Positions 47,683 through 57,230 of a stretch of DNA of 64,000 bases are shown in pieces. A program made the position numbers and the translations under genes. Position 1 is the first letter of the stretch, and every line of letters begins with the position of its first letter. The notes under the pieces are model-generated. The model was not told where the DNA came from, did not search any database, and saw only the letters and a program-made list of their open reading frames with translations. Source of the stretch: an uncultured archaeon (lineage in GTDB: Archaea > Altiarchaeota > Altiarchaeia > IMC4 > SCGC-AAA252-I15); NCBI GenBank assembly GCA_964587725.1, contig CAZPLO010000001.1, positions 32,001-96,000 of the forward strand, read 5' to 3'.

Positions 47683-50600
47683 ACGAACATGCTGTTTCTG
47701 CGGCGCATGGAATAATACAGGTAGCCGAGAACGGTCAGCAGAAGCATGGACACCATGACCGCCGCCCGGTTGGAATAAATCAGCGAGAAAACCATGTTGG
47801 CTAAGACGAAGGTCCTGTCCTGGACAACCCTGACGTCCGGCACATCCAATCCGCCGCCGGGCAGGGGAATCCTCAAAGGCTCCAAGACAGTGACCTCCGA
47901 CATTTCACGTGACCTCAGACTGCCGGCGGAGTCATATGCGGCTACGGAGAGGTTATGCCTGACGCCCGCGCCCTCCGAAACCGACACCTCCCAGACCACC
48001 GACTCCGGCACACCCGCCTCCAAATCCAATGTCACCCCAGCCGGTGAGCTAAGAACCATGCCTTCAGAGTCCATGAAGCTCAGGTTCACACCGTTTACGT
48101 CCCTGGTGGACTGGACTTCAGCCTCCACAGTGAATTCCTCGCCAGGGTGGACGTAGTTCCTCGAACGAAGCCTCAAGGTGATGTTAAATTCTGAAGTGGA
48201 AACCACGTCCGCTTCACGTATAGATGGAACATCCTCCGACACAGAATACCCCCCATGTCTCCCCCCACCGAGGGTGGTGGTTGTAGAAGACACGGAGGTG
48301 GTGGATGTTGTCGTAGAGGATGTGGTGGTCGAGGTGACAGTGGTGGAGGTCGTTAGCGACGTTAAAGTCGTCTGGGAGGTGGAGGTAGTCTGTACGGTGG
48401 AGGTAGTTGTTCTACGCCTGGGAGACGGATCAGGATTAGTGGTGGGTTCGGTGGAGGAGGACGAGCCCGTGCTTGAGGAGGAACTGGAAGAAGACGTGGA
48501 CGACGTTGAAGAAGACGAGTATGTGGAGCGTATTGTCACACTCCAGTGGACTGTTTCATTGCCTATGGAGGGATTGGAGGACTGGTTAGTGTACACGTAG
48601 AACTCCCAGGCGGTGTCTGTGCCGCCGGTGGCGTTAACCCAGAAGGTCAGCAGCTCACTGTCGCCCGCATCCAGCGAAGCCGTCCCATACGGGTTAGTGG
48701 ACATGTTAGTGTAGAACGGCGTCGCTCCTTCAGTAGTGTTGATTAATCCTTTTCCGTGGGTGTATGTTACCGTCAGCTGGGGATCGCCGGCGCTTTCCAC
48801 CGTAGATATGTCGGTGTGCTCGTCTTCCAGTATTTCCTCGCCCGTTAATCCTATTGCAAACCAGTCTGCTGAGAGGAGGGCCTGCAGGTCAGTTGACGCC
48901 TGAGGACTGAGGGTGTGGTTGTGCCAGCATGTTTCCGGGGGGGAGCCGGAGCAGATATCGCCCGCATCCCATGACGCGTATACTGCTCCGTCGCCGAGGT
49001 CGGAGTAGAGGGCGGGGTTGTTGCCGGTGGCCAGCGGCCTGTTGGACATATTGTATACTGTGGTCGGCGACAAAGCACCCTGCTGGGTGGAGGAAATGTT
49101 CAGCACAACAGCGGTGATGGTTGCGGAATCAGGTATCGAAGACGTGTTAAACTCAATGTAGCTCCGGTAGTAGTTGTAGTCGTCAGAGGGGTAACCAATC
49201 TTTATCAACACAGTCCCAGTAGTCCGCGTATACGTTGACTCGCCGTCAAACTTCACCTCCCCGTCCTCACTAATGTTCCCAGCGGTCAGAGTAACGGAAT
49301 AACTCGGGTCCAAACTCACGTTAACGACCCCGCATGAGGCACCCACACAGCCCACGTTGACGGTGACGTTGAACCACCTGTTTTGTGTGACGTTCACATC
49401 ACCAAGGGGGTAGACTAGTTCCATGTTCACCTGAGATGCGGAAGACTCCTCCAGGATTGTAACTTTAACGGCGTCTGTAGCTCCGGTTAAGGCTGCGGTG
49501 GAATTGAATGCTTGAGCAAACAGTTCATAGGTTTCTGGTGGGCCTGTGGCGTTAATCCGCCACACCGCCGTGCAGGTGCCGGCCGCGGCTATGTTGCCAC
49601 ATGAGTAGGGATTTGAGACGTTAGTGTAGAAGGGGGTTCCACCGTCGGAAGGAACCTCCGTTGACACATGGTAGTAGAGCGTCAGGTTCACGGGCCCGCA
49701 GTCCGAGTAAGAGCAGGCGGCCGAGACGGTGAAGTTGAAGAACTCATACCTTGTAACGTTAATGGCTTCCGTTGGATATTCTACTGTGAGGGCGAGGGCC
49801 GGGCCAAGGGCCTGACCGGGGTTGGTTAGGGAGTAAATGTTGCCGTCGTCGCTGCCGAAGTACACGGACTCCCCGGACACCGCCGGAGAAGAGTAAATAA
49901 CTTCCAACACCGTGTAGTTGGCTATAACATGCGAGACGTTACTAACATTCAACTGATACATGACCCCGGAACTGCTGCCCACGTACACGAACTCGTCGGT
50001 TACCGCTGGGGATGAGCTAATAAATTCCCCGACATCAAGGAGGAGTTCAGCATATGGCGAGGAGAAATCATCGGCTTTCATTTGAACCAGGTTATCATTG
50101 AATGTTCCCACGTACACGAAATCTCCGAAGGCTGCGGGAGAAGATTCAATGGGCAGACCAAAGGTTATGCTAGAGTAGTTGCCTGACATGTTGCTGGCGT
50201 TCAACCGATACAGGGTGCCGTCTTCGTTTCCAAAATACACGAAACCGCCGGCCACAACAGGAGAGGAAGCTATGGCGTTGGGGGTGGTAAAGCTCGCATG
50301 TTGTATGGAGACGTTGCTGGCGTTCAACTGGTAGAATAAGCCGTCGCCGTCTCCAAGATACACAAAACCCCCATATACGGCGGGGGAGGCGTGGAGTGTG
50401 GCGCCTGTGGAGAAGTTAGCGTGCATGAGGGAGACGTTACTGGCGTTCAACTGATACACCATGCCATCGGAACTGCACAGGTAAACGAAACCATCGCTCA
50501 CTGCTGGAGCAGAACGGACGTTCACGCCTGTGGAGAAGTTAGCGTGCATGAGGGAGACGTTACTGGAGTTCAACTGATACAGGAAGCCGTCGTCGCTGCC

Positions 50601-51002
50601 CACGTACACAAAACCGCCCGCAACCGCGGGAGAAGAATATACCATGTCGCCGGTGCCGAAATATGCATATATGACTGAGATGTTGCTGGCGTTCAACTGA
50701 TAAACGACAGCATCCAAGCCGCCGACATAGACGAAATCGCCCACAACAGCAGGCGAAGACTGAACCACGCCGATTGGATTGGTTTTCACCTCGGCTGCGG
50801 AGACGTTGGATACGCCGGGGTCGCTGGTGTATCCGGTGCGGTTTGCATGTCGTTGGAACATCGGCCAGTCCGAGGCGGAAGCGGTTGACGCCAAGAAAGA
50901 AAACACCAGCACTGCAGTTAAGATGAAACACATGCTCTCCAACAGGCAACGACCTCCCATGAACATTTCACCGACTTGAGAAGCCAGCCACCCATTATAC
51001 AT
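47679..51002 (-). CDS. PQQ-like beta-propeller surface glycoprotein with Ig-like domains, Ser/Thr linker and C-terminal TM anchor (true start probably slightly downstream)
   Basis: DWPMFQ..ANRTG, repeated SSPAV..GFVYVGS.DG..YQLNASN. Confidence 0.85.
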   Translation of the reverse strand: MYNGWLASQVGEMFMGGRCLLESMCFILTAVLVFSFLASTASASDWPMFQRHANRTGYTSDPGVSNVSAAEVKTNPIGVVQSSPAVVGDFVYVGGLDAVVYQLNASNISVIYAYFGTGDMVYSSPAVAGGFVYVGSDDGFLYQLNSSNVSLMHANFSTGVNVRSAPAVSDGFVYLCSSDGMVYQLNASNVSLMHANFSTGATLHASPAVYGGFVYLGDGDGLFYQLNASNVSIQHASFTTPNAIASSPVVAGGFVYFGNEDGTLYRLNASNMSGNYSSITFGLPIESSPAAFGDFVYVGTFNDNLVQMKADDFSSPYAELLLDVGEFISSSPAVTDEFVYVGSSSGVMYQLNVSNVSHVIANYTVLEVIYSSPAVSGESVYFGSDDGNIYSLTNPGQALGPALALTVEYPTEAINVTRYEFFNFTVSAACSYSDCGPVNLTLYYHVSTEVPSDGGTPFYTNVSNPYSCGNIAAAGTCTAVWRINATGPPETYELFAQAFNSTAALTGATDAVKVTILEESSASQVNMELVYPLGDVNVTQNRWFNVTVNVGCVGASCGVVNVSLDPSYSVTLTAGNISEDGEVKFDGESTYTRTTGTVLIKIGYPSDDYNYYRSYIEFNTSSIPDSATITAVVLNISSTQQGALSPTTVYNMSNRPLATGNNPALYSDLGDGAVYASWDAGDICSGSPPETCWHNHTLSPQASTDLQALLSADWFAIGLTGEEILEDEHTDISTVESAGDPQLTVTYTHGKGLINTTEGATPFYTNMSTNPYGTASLDAGDSELLTFWVNATGGTDTAWEFYVYTNQSSNPSIGNETVHWSVTIRSTYSSSSTSSTSSSSSSSSTGSSSSTEPTTNPDPSPRRRTTTSTVQTTSTSQTTLTSLTTSTTVTSTTTSSTTTSTTSVSSTTTTLGGGRHGGYSVSEDVPSIREADVVSTSEFNITLRLRSRNYVHPGEEFTVEAEVQSTRDVNGVNLSFMDSEGMVLSSPAGVTLDLEAGVPESVVWEVSVSEGAGVRHNLSVAAYDSAGSLRSREMSEVTVLEPLRIPLPGGGLDVPDVRVVQDRTFVLANMVFSLIYSNRAAVMVSMLLLTVLGYLYYSMRRRNSMFV

Positions 51003-51047
51003 TAAATATTGGGCTTTTTAACGTTCTCTAAATAATTCATTTACGTC

Positions 51048-51785
51048 ATGGACCGTGTTGAGACAGGGATAACGGGTTTGGACGAGATGATGGGGGGCGG
51101 GGTACCTAGGGGCTCCAGCGTCCTGCTGACGGGAAGCTGCGGGACGGGAAAGAGCATACTGTCCCTCCAGTACGTATACAATGGGGCAGTGTCTGGTGAA
51201 GCAGGCCTTTATGTTTCATTCGAGGAAAGCAGGGAGAAGATCATAGAGCATGCGGAGACGTTCGGATGGGATATACCGTCGCTGGAGGAGAAGAAGCTCC
51301 TCGAAATATACGAGGTTGACACAGGAGACATGGGGGAGATACTCGAAGAAATCAGAGCCAAGGTAGAGAGCATCAATGCAGGGCGGCTGGTGATAGACTC
51401 CCTCACCACCATGATGGAACACGGCCTCATATACAGGAGCAGCATATCCAAGGAGATGAGCCAGCTGGACCGGGTGGGGGAAGAGTTGAAGTTTCCGTCT
51501 GAGGGACACGATGTCACCAGGAAAGACATATACTTCATAATAGGCCAGATAAACAGGCTTAACATAACATCAATTCTCATATCGGAGGTAGCGGAGAAAA
51601 GCGACTACCTGTCGAGGGACACCATAAGCGAGTTCGCCACCGACGGCGTAATACTGTTGGAGGTGAACACCGTCGGCGGCACGCCCGAACGGCTGCTGTC
51701 GGTGAAGAAGATGCGCGGCACCCCCGTGGACCTGACCATGTCCATTATGAAGTTCGGGCCGCAGGGAATCGAAGTCGGTGAATGA
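51048..51785 (+). CDS. KaiC-like/RAD55 ATPase
   Basis: RVETGITGLDEMMGGG, GSCGTGKS, SFEE, IDSL, ISEFATDGVI, KKMRGT. Confidence 0.9.
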   Translation: MDRVETGITGLDEMMGGGVPRGSSVLLTGSCGTGKSILSLQYVYNGAVSGEAGLYVSFEESREKIIEHAETFGWDIPSLEEKKLLEIYEVDTGDMGEILEEIRAKVESINAGRLVIDSLTTMMEHGLIYRSSISKEMSQLDRVGEELKFPSEGHDVTRKDIYFIIGQINRLNITSILISEVAEKSDYLSRDTISEFATDGVILLEVNTVGGTPERLLSVKKMRGTPVDLTMSIMKFGPQGIEVGE

Positions 51786-52167
51786 CATGTCCAGAGCCGA
51801 CGAAATAACCGGTTACCTCCGGGAACTGAAGGAGGGGAGTGAACACATAGCCGCCTGCATGGTGGCTCGGAAAGGCTTGGAGGGATTGATAATGTTCCCC
51901 CCGGACTTCAAACAAGAGGTCTCCAACATCTGGGAGCCCCTGAGCAGAAACCTCAACGACATGCTCTCCCTGGTGTCCAAGTACAGTGAAGTCGGACTAA
52001 AACGATCCTACACAGAAATGCTTGGTTTCGGCGCCCTGTTCAGCGTGCTCGGAGCCAGCGACACCGCATTGATAGTGTTCCTCAAGGGAGGGGAGCCGCT
52101 GAAGAATGCGGTTCAATTGTCAGACGACATGGAAGAAACAAGGGACAAGATAATGAATTTGGATTAG
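51778..52167 (+). CDS. Roadblock/LC7 (MglB)-like small protein
   Basis: LRELK..SEHIAACMVARKG helix-beta pattern, DTALIVF, C-terminal helix; overlaps KaiC stop. Confidence 0.55.
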   Translation: MNDMSRADEITGYLRELKEGSEHIAACMVARKGLEGLIMFPPDFKQEVSNIWEPLSRNLNDMLSLVSKYSEVGLKRSYTEMLGFGALFSVLGASDTALIVFLKGGEPLKNAVQLSDDMEETRDKIMNLD

Positions 52168-53072
52168 TGTTTCAGCAGCACCACTCTGCTCTCCACCTGT
52201 TCGTCAACCACATCATAGGAGAGTTCATCGGCTATTTCAGATGCGAACGCCTTAACCTCCTCGTGAGAAGGCATATGGTCCATGGTGAGGCGGAGCCTGC
52301 TGCCGCCGACGAACATGTAAGCCTTCACCTCAATGAAATCAGGTTCGGCCTTCGAGATGAGGCGGGCGTAACCCTTAGGGTCCTTCATGTTCAACCCCTT
52401 CACAGAGGTAACCCGCACCACCGTCCTCGTGTCGAGGGAAGGGAACAGCTCCAAGGTCCGGTTGAACCGTTCCCACGAATCCGGCAGCATGGGAAACGCA
52501 GTCCTGAAATAGGTTTCTTTGTCCGGCGCCACGAGCGAAACATACATGTTAGTTGGCAGAGCATCCAGGGACTCGATGCGCTTCGGGAGCGTGCCATTCG
52601 ACACCAGGTAGGTGGTCATTCCATGGCGTTTGAAGCCCTCCAGCAGCCCGCTCAGATGCGGGTAGATGGTGGGTTCCCCTGCGAGGCTCACCGCCACCTG
52701 ATTCGGCTTGCATGCCTCCTCAAACATGCGTTTATCCACGATTACTGAGCCTTTGAAGCCCGATATCGCCTGGCGGTGGGCTTGGAGACATCCTTCTATG
52801 ACCTCCTCCGGCTCCTCCCACTGGACATCATCATGGTCGAGGGTGTATTCGGTGTTCCGCCAGCAGAACAGGCAGCGGTGTGTACACCATCCGACGGCGG
52901 GGGTCATCTGCATGCACCGGTGGCTTTCGATGCCGTAGAACCTCTGCTTGTAGCAGACGCCTTCGCCGCGGAGGCTCTTCTTCAGCCACATGCACGGCTT
53001 CACAGCACTATGGACTCCCACAAGGGCGTAGTGCTGCTTCCGCAGCAGAGCCCTGAATTCAGGGGGCAACAT
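52164..53072 (-). CDS. taw1: 4-demethylwyosine synthase (radical SAM) Taw1/TYW1
   Basis: HSAVKPCMW, CYKQRFYGIESHRC, CTHRCLFCWR, SLAGEPT. Confidence 0.95.
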   Translation of the reverse strand: MLPPEFRALLRKQHYALVGVHSAVKPCMWLKKSLRGEGVCYKQRFYGIESHRCMQMTPAVGWCTHRCLFCWRNTEYTLDHDDVQWEEPEEVIEGCLQAHRQAISGFKGSVIVDKRMFEEACKPNQVAVSLAGEPTIYPHLSGLLEGFKRHGMTTYLVSNGTLPKRIESLDALPTNMYVSLVAPDKETYFRTAFPMLPDSWERFNRTLELFPSLDTRTVVRVTSVKGLNMKDPKGYARLISKAEPDFIEVKAYMFVGGSRLRLTMDHMPSHEEVKAFASEIADELSYDVVDEQVESRVVLLKH

Positions 53073-53132
53073 AGTATTGTTTTTAAAGCTGAATTCTTAA
53101 TAAACTGTAGCAATTCCCTGTGGGGTGAACAC

Positions 53133-53378
53133 ATGGTAACCTATATTATTGCACGGCAGCTCGGTGGAAAACCTGTTATAACCGTCGGCGGAGAGGAATT
53201 AGGCCGCTTGGACGACGTGATCGTCGACGAATCAACCGGAGACTTCATATCCATAATAGTGGAGCCGGTAGCCGAGGCGCCCCCGCGAGTGGCCTACCCG
53301 AAAGACAAGGAAGGCAACTACGTAATCCCCTACGACGCAGTCAACGCCGTCAGCAAGGTGGTCGTAGTCAAGGAGTAG
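53133..53378 (+). CDS. Stand-alone PRC-barrel protein
   Basis: LGGKPVITVGGEELGRLDDVIVDESTG...IPYDAVNAV. Confidence 0.85.
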   Translation: MVTYIIARQLGGKPVITVGGEELGRLDDVIVDESTGDFISIIVEPVAEAPPRVAYPKDKEGNYVIPYDAVNAVSKVVVVKE

Positions 53379-53931
53379 ACTCGTTCTCCCAGTACACACT
53401 GACTCTGGCTTCAGCGGAGTTCACCACATTCCATCCGGAATCCACGACCTCCGCACGCAGTATATGATTTTTCTCTGCGACGCCGGGCAGCACCCGAACC
53501 TGAAACGGCAACACAACGGCCTCTCCAGCTTCCAAATCCACTATAACCGGGTTTTTGCTCTCAACCCTGAACCCGTTGGGCGGCTTAAGCTCGAGCAGGT
53601 ACTCCCTGTCCTCCATGGACCTGAACACCGCATTGACGGTGAACGACTCCCCGTTGCGCACCCGGCCGGAGTGGACCAGCTTAAAACCCTCCGAACCTAT
53701 GCCGCCGTCACAGGAAGTGCATTCGCTGGCCCAGCAGCAGACGGGACAGACGTAGCAGACGTCGGGGCTGGAGCAGGAGCAGTCGCCGCAGCACGCCGGC
53801 GTAGCGCCCAACACAGCATACCCTGAAGGCATGTCAGCCGGAAGCGACATGGACTCATACAGTATGCCAGCGACTGTCAGAACGCCAAGGATGAGCACCG
53901 CATACTCCAGATACTTCAGCTCAGGGTCCAT
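53368..53931 (-). CDS. Membrane-anchored protein with Cys cluster and Ig-like domain
   Basis: N-terminal TM, CCGDCSCSSPDVCYVCPVCCWASECTSC; start re-set to 53931. Confidence 0.65.
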   Translation of the reverse strand: MDPELKYLEYAVLILGVLTVAGILYESMSLPADMPSGYAVLGATPACCGDCSCSSPDVCYVCPVCCWASECTSCDGGIGSEGFKLVHSGRVRNGESFTVNAVFRSMEDREYLLELKPPNGFRVESKNPVIVDLEAGEAVVLPFQVRVLPGVAEKNHILRAEVVDSGWNVVNSAEARVSVYWENESTP

Positions 53932-53986
53932 CCAGTTAATACTGGGCTGTGATGGATTATATATCATTATAAAAACATAAGATAAC

Positions 53987-55234
53987 GTGAAACCCCTCAT
54001 CCTCTGCGTAGACCGCGACGACGACATCGGACGGAACGTCGGCGTCCAAGGGCCAATCGTGGGCCGTGGAGAGAACCTGGACGTGGCCCAGAAGCTCGCG
54101 CTGGCCGACCCGGCCGACACAGATGTCAATGCACTATACGGAGCGTTGAAGCTGGCGGGCGAATTAGACGCGGAAGTCGTTACGTTGACCGGGGACCAGA
54201 ACGTCGGCGTGGTGTCCGACCGGGAGGTAGCCATACAATTGGACGAGGTCATACAGGATCTGAAACCATCCTCCGTTATTTTCGTCTCCGACGGACTGGA
54301 TGACGAGCAGGTGATACCGCTGATACAGTCTCGGGTGAAGATAGACTCCGTGCAGACGATAACGGTGAGACAGAGCAAGGAACTGGAGAAAGCATACTTC
54401 AAGCTAGCCCACTTCATAAAGGAGGTGACGGAGGACCCAAACCTCTCCCGCCTCATATTCGGCGTCCCCGGTCTCGCGCTACTGCTCCTCGCGTTAGGCG
54501 GCGCGCGGGCATTGAGCCTCATAATGGGCGTAGTCGGCGCATACCTTGTCATACGGGGCTTCGGGTGGGAGGAGGAATTCTTCAACAAAACCAGCGAGTT
54601 CCTGAAGTCTCTGTCTGTGGAACGCATCAGCACGGTAGTGTATTTCATAGCGTTCGTCACGTTCGCGCTGGGGATGAGCTACGCCTACGGGGACCTGCAG
54701 AAGAGCGCATTGTCGTTCACCGACTTCAACACCACATTGAACACGCTGGCGCTGTTCATACTGAACAGCAGCAGCGTCAACCTCATCACCTTGACCGTTG
54801 TTACGGTAATAGCGGCGAGGATGGTGGACGACTGGACAGCGAAACGGTTCATACAGGTCCGGCGGTACTTCATACTGGCGGCGTTCATACTGCTCATCCG
54901 CGTCGTCCTGGAGGCCGGCGCACGCTACATGATAAACGAGGACTTCGGGTTCGGCAACTTCATGCTCAACGGCATACTCGGCGTCGTATCCCTCGCCATC
55001 TGGATACGGATGACGGAGTACTTCTTCATACAGGAGATAGAGGTGATAGACCGCATAACCCGTGAAACAGAGGGGAAGGAAGTCTACGACGCCGAAGGCA
55101 AACGCATAGGGAAGGTCAGCAGGGCTGTTGTGGAGGACCTGGAGCTTAAGGATATACGGGTGGGCCGCATAACCATCCCCAAGGACAAGATAGTCTCGGT
55201 GGGGGACACCGTTGTCGTCGAAGCCGAGAAATAG
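53987..55234 (+). CDS. DUF373 membrane protein with C-terminal PRC-barrel
   Basis: LCVDRDDDIG, DPADTDVN, VSDGLDDE, VRQS; C-terminal GKEVYDAEGKRIGKV...IPKDKIVSVGDTVVV. Confidence 0.82.
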   Translation: MKPLILCVDRDDDIGRNVGVQGPIVGRGENLDVAQKLALADPADTDVNALYGALKLAGELDAEVVTLTGDQNVGVVSDREVAIQLDEVIQDLKPSSVIFVSDGLDDEQVIPLIQSRVKIDSVQTITVRQSKELEKAYFKLAHFIKEVTEDPNLSRLIFGVPGLALLLLALGGARALSLIMGVVGAYLVIRGFGWEEEFFNKTSEFLKSLSVERISTVVYFIAFVTFALGMSYAYGDLQKSALSFTDFNTTLNTLALFILNSSSVNLITLTVVTVIAARMVDDWTAKRFIQVRRYFILAAFILLIRVVLEAGARYMINEDFGFGNFMLNGILGVVSLAIWIRMTEYFFIQEIEVIDRITRETEGKEVYDAEGKRIGKVSRAVVEDLELKDIRVGRITIPKDKIVSVGDTVVVEAEK

Positions 55235-55268
55235 TGACTTATATTGTTATCCTTCGGTAACCTATACA

Positions 55269-56585
55269 ATGGCAGTTGAAAGAAAGAAACATCCCACAGA
55301 ACCCGTGAAAACCCCCGAGGAACTCAGCCACGAAAAACTGCTTAAAGAATACCAGGAACTCTCCGGCGCCATGGAGAGGATGAAGGGGGTGTTCAGGAGG
55401 AGCAGGGAGCAGACACACATGCAGGCCGCGGGACGGATGGAGGCAGAACAAAAAGCCCTCATAGACCCCCTGACCGGGTTATACAACAAAAGATTTCTCT
55501 TGGGCGGGGAGGGCGTGGACGGGGAACTCTACAAGGCGGTGTCGCTGGCGTGGCGGGAACACCGGCCGGTTTCACTGGCGGTGATAGACATCGACCACTT
55601 CAAACAGGTGAACGACAACCTCGGCCACGACATAGGGGATGAGGCGTTGAAGAAGGTGGCGGACATAATCAGGAAGACCGTTCGTTCCTCAGACTTCGAG
55701 GTCCGCTTCGGCGGCGAAGAATTCGTGGTCGTGCTGCCGAACACGGACACGGGCGGGGCTAAGGCGTTCGGGGAGAAGCTCAGGAAGACGGTTGATGAGG
55801 AAGACTTCAGATTCAAAGGAACAGACGTCGACGCCAACCAGCCCGGGAACAGGCTGACCGTCAGCGTGGGAGTAGCTTCATACCCCCCGTACCAGAAAAT
55901 CTACGGGATAGGCGCCCACAGTAAACGCGACTTCGAGGCGTACAAGCTGGGCGTCGCAGAAGATTTGTTCAAGGACGCCGACAACGCCCTCTACCAGTCC
56001 AAGAAGAAGGGGAGGAACCGGGTGTCCGTGGCAGGCAACCACAACGCCGAAGTAGCCAGGGTGTCGGGGATGCTAGCCACCGAGATGGGGTTGAGCAAAG
56101 AGGACGTTAAAACCATCCGGGAAGCCGCCGTACTACACGACGTCGGCAAACTGCTGATTCCATGGAGCATACTCCACAAGCAGGGGAAACTTACGGAGGA
56201 GGAATACGAGGAGATGATGAAACATCCCGTCAGAGGCGCCAAGCTGCTGGAGGCTCAGGAGAGGGTTGATCAGAAGCCGAAGGTCATAAACACCGACCCG
56301 GATAAGGTGATACCGTATGTGAAGCACCACCATGAACGGTGGGACGGCAGCGGATACCCCGACGGCATTAAAGGGGAGGATATACCCTTGGGGGCTCGGA
56401 TAATAGCCGTCGCCGACGCCTATGAAGCCATGACCTCCTACGACTCCGAGAGAAGCTACAACGGCGACAAACGCGTGGACCGGGCTTTGAAGGAGCTTCG
56501 ATTAGGATCGGGCAACCAGTTCGACCCTACAGTGGTCAACGCCTTCATGCGACTGGCTGAGAACGGCAGGATCAAATCGCCTTAA
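55269..56585 (+). CDS. Diguanylate cyclase (GGEEF) / HD-GYP phosphodiesterase fusion
   Basis: DPLTGLYN, DIDHFKQVND..GHDIGD, RSSD-FEVRF-GGEEF, ADNALYQSK..GRN; LHDVGK, HHERWDGSGYPDG, AVADAYEAM. Confidence 0.93.
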   Translation: MAVERKKHPTEPVKTPEELSHEKLLKEYQELSGAMERMKGVFRRSREQTHMQAAGRMEAEQKALIDPLTGLYNKRFLLGGEGVDGELYKAVSLAWREHRPVSLAVIDIDHFKQVNDNLGHDIGDEALKKVADIIRKTVRSSDFEVRFGGEEFVVVLPNTDTGGAKAFGEKLRKTVDEEDFRFKGTDVDANQPGNRLTVSVGVASYPPYQKIYGIGAHSKRDFEAYKLGVAEDLFKDADNALYQSKKKGRNRVSVAGNHNAEVARVSGMLATEMGLSKEDVKTIREAAVLHDVGKLLIPWSILHKQGKLTEEEYEEMMKHPVRGAKLLEAQERVDQKPKVINTDPDKVIPYVKHHHERWDGSGYPDGIKGEDIPLGARIIAVADAYEAMTSYDSERSYNGDKRVDRALKELRLGSGNQFDPTVVNAFMRLAENGRIKSP

Positions 56586-57202
56586 CTGCAGCAGATTTTC
56601 TCCAGCTTCTGTATGGAATCCTTGCCACCTATCACTATGAGCGTGTCGCCCTCCTTCACAACCGTGTTTTTACCTGGGTTGTATATCCATCCGCCACCAC
56701 GTTTCACCGCCCGGACATAGCAGCCGGTCTCGCTGAACAGCCGGTATTCGCCCAGAGTCTTACCAGTCAACGCAGACCCCTTATTAACCACCATCTTAAC
56801 CACCTGCTCCTCCGCCTCGTCCATGAGGCTCTGGTACACGGGGTGGTCGCCGACACCACGTATGACCACGTCGACTATGTCGTTTGCGGCGTCGGATATG
56901 CGCTCCGCGGACCTTGCAACATGCATTATGCCTGTGAGGTCTGCGGCCTCCTCCGGGTTCCTTGCAGCCAGCATACAGAGTATCTCTATCTCGTACTGGA
57001 GGTTGTCCATCAATTCCTCCAAGTCCTCCACCTCCTCGGCGATGGCGGTGCTGTTTGTCAGCAGCGCCGAATAAGCCAGGTCTATAATCAGCTCGGAGGT
57101 GTCCTTCATCTCCACCAGTATGTCCTTCACGTTCCGCCGCTTCTGCAGCGCGCCCTCGGCTATCTCATCCAGTTCTATGTCTTCCTCAACCATTTGGTTC
57201 AA
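56582..57202 (-). CDS. PhoU-like + TrkA-C (RCK_C) domain protein
   Basis: EMKDTSELIIDLAYSA, ERISDAA, GDTLIVIG. Confidence 0.85.
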   Translation of the reverse strand: MNQMVEEDIELDEIAEGALQKRRNVKDILVEMKDTSELIIDLAYSALLTNSTAIAEEVEDLEELMDNLQYEIEILCMLAARNPEEAADLTGIMHVARSAERISDAANDIVDVVIRGVGDHPVYQSLMDEAEEQVVKMVVNKGSALTGKTLGEYRLFSETGCYVRAVKRGGGWIYNPGKNTVVKEGDTLIVIGGKDSIQKLEKICCS

Positions 57203-57230
57203 CCCGTGTCATTTTATGAAAATTCCATGA

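Noticed and set aside
17532-51785. Circadian clock (KaiABC)
   Set aside because: The ATPases are single-domain and no KaiA or KaiB is present; they fit archaeal KaiC-like signalling ATPases.
53932-54660. N-terminal 243 codons of the 430-aa minus ORF
   Set aside because: Antisense to the DUF373 gene; the real protein most likely starts at 53931.
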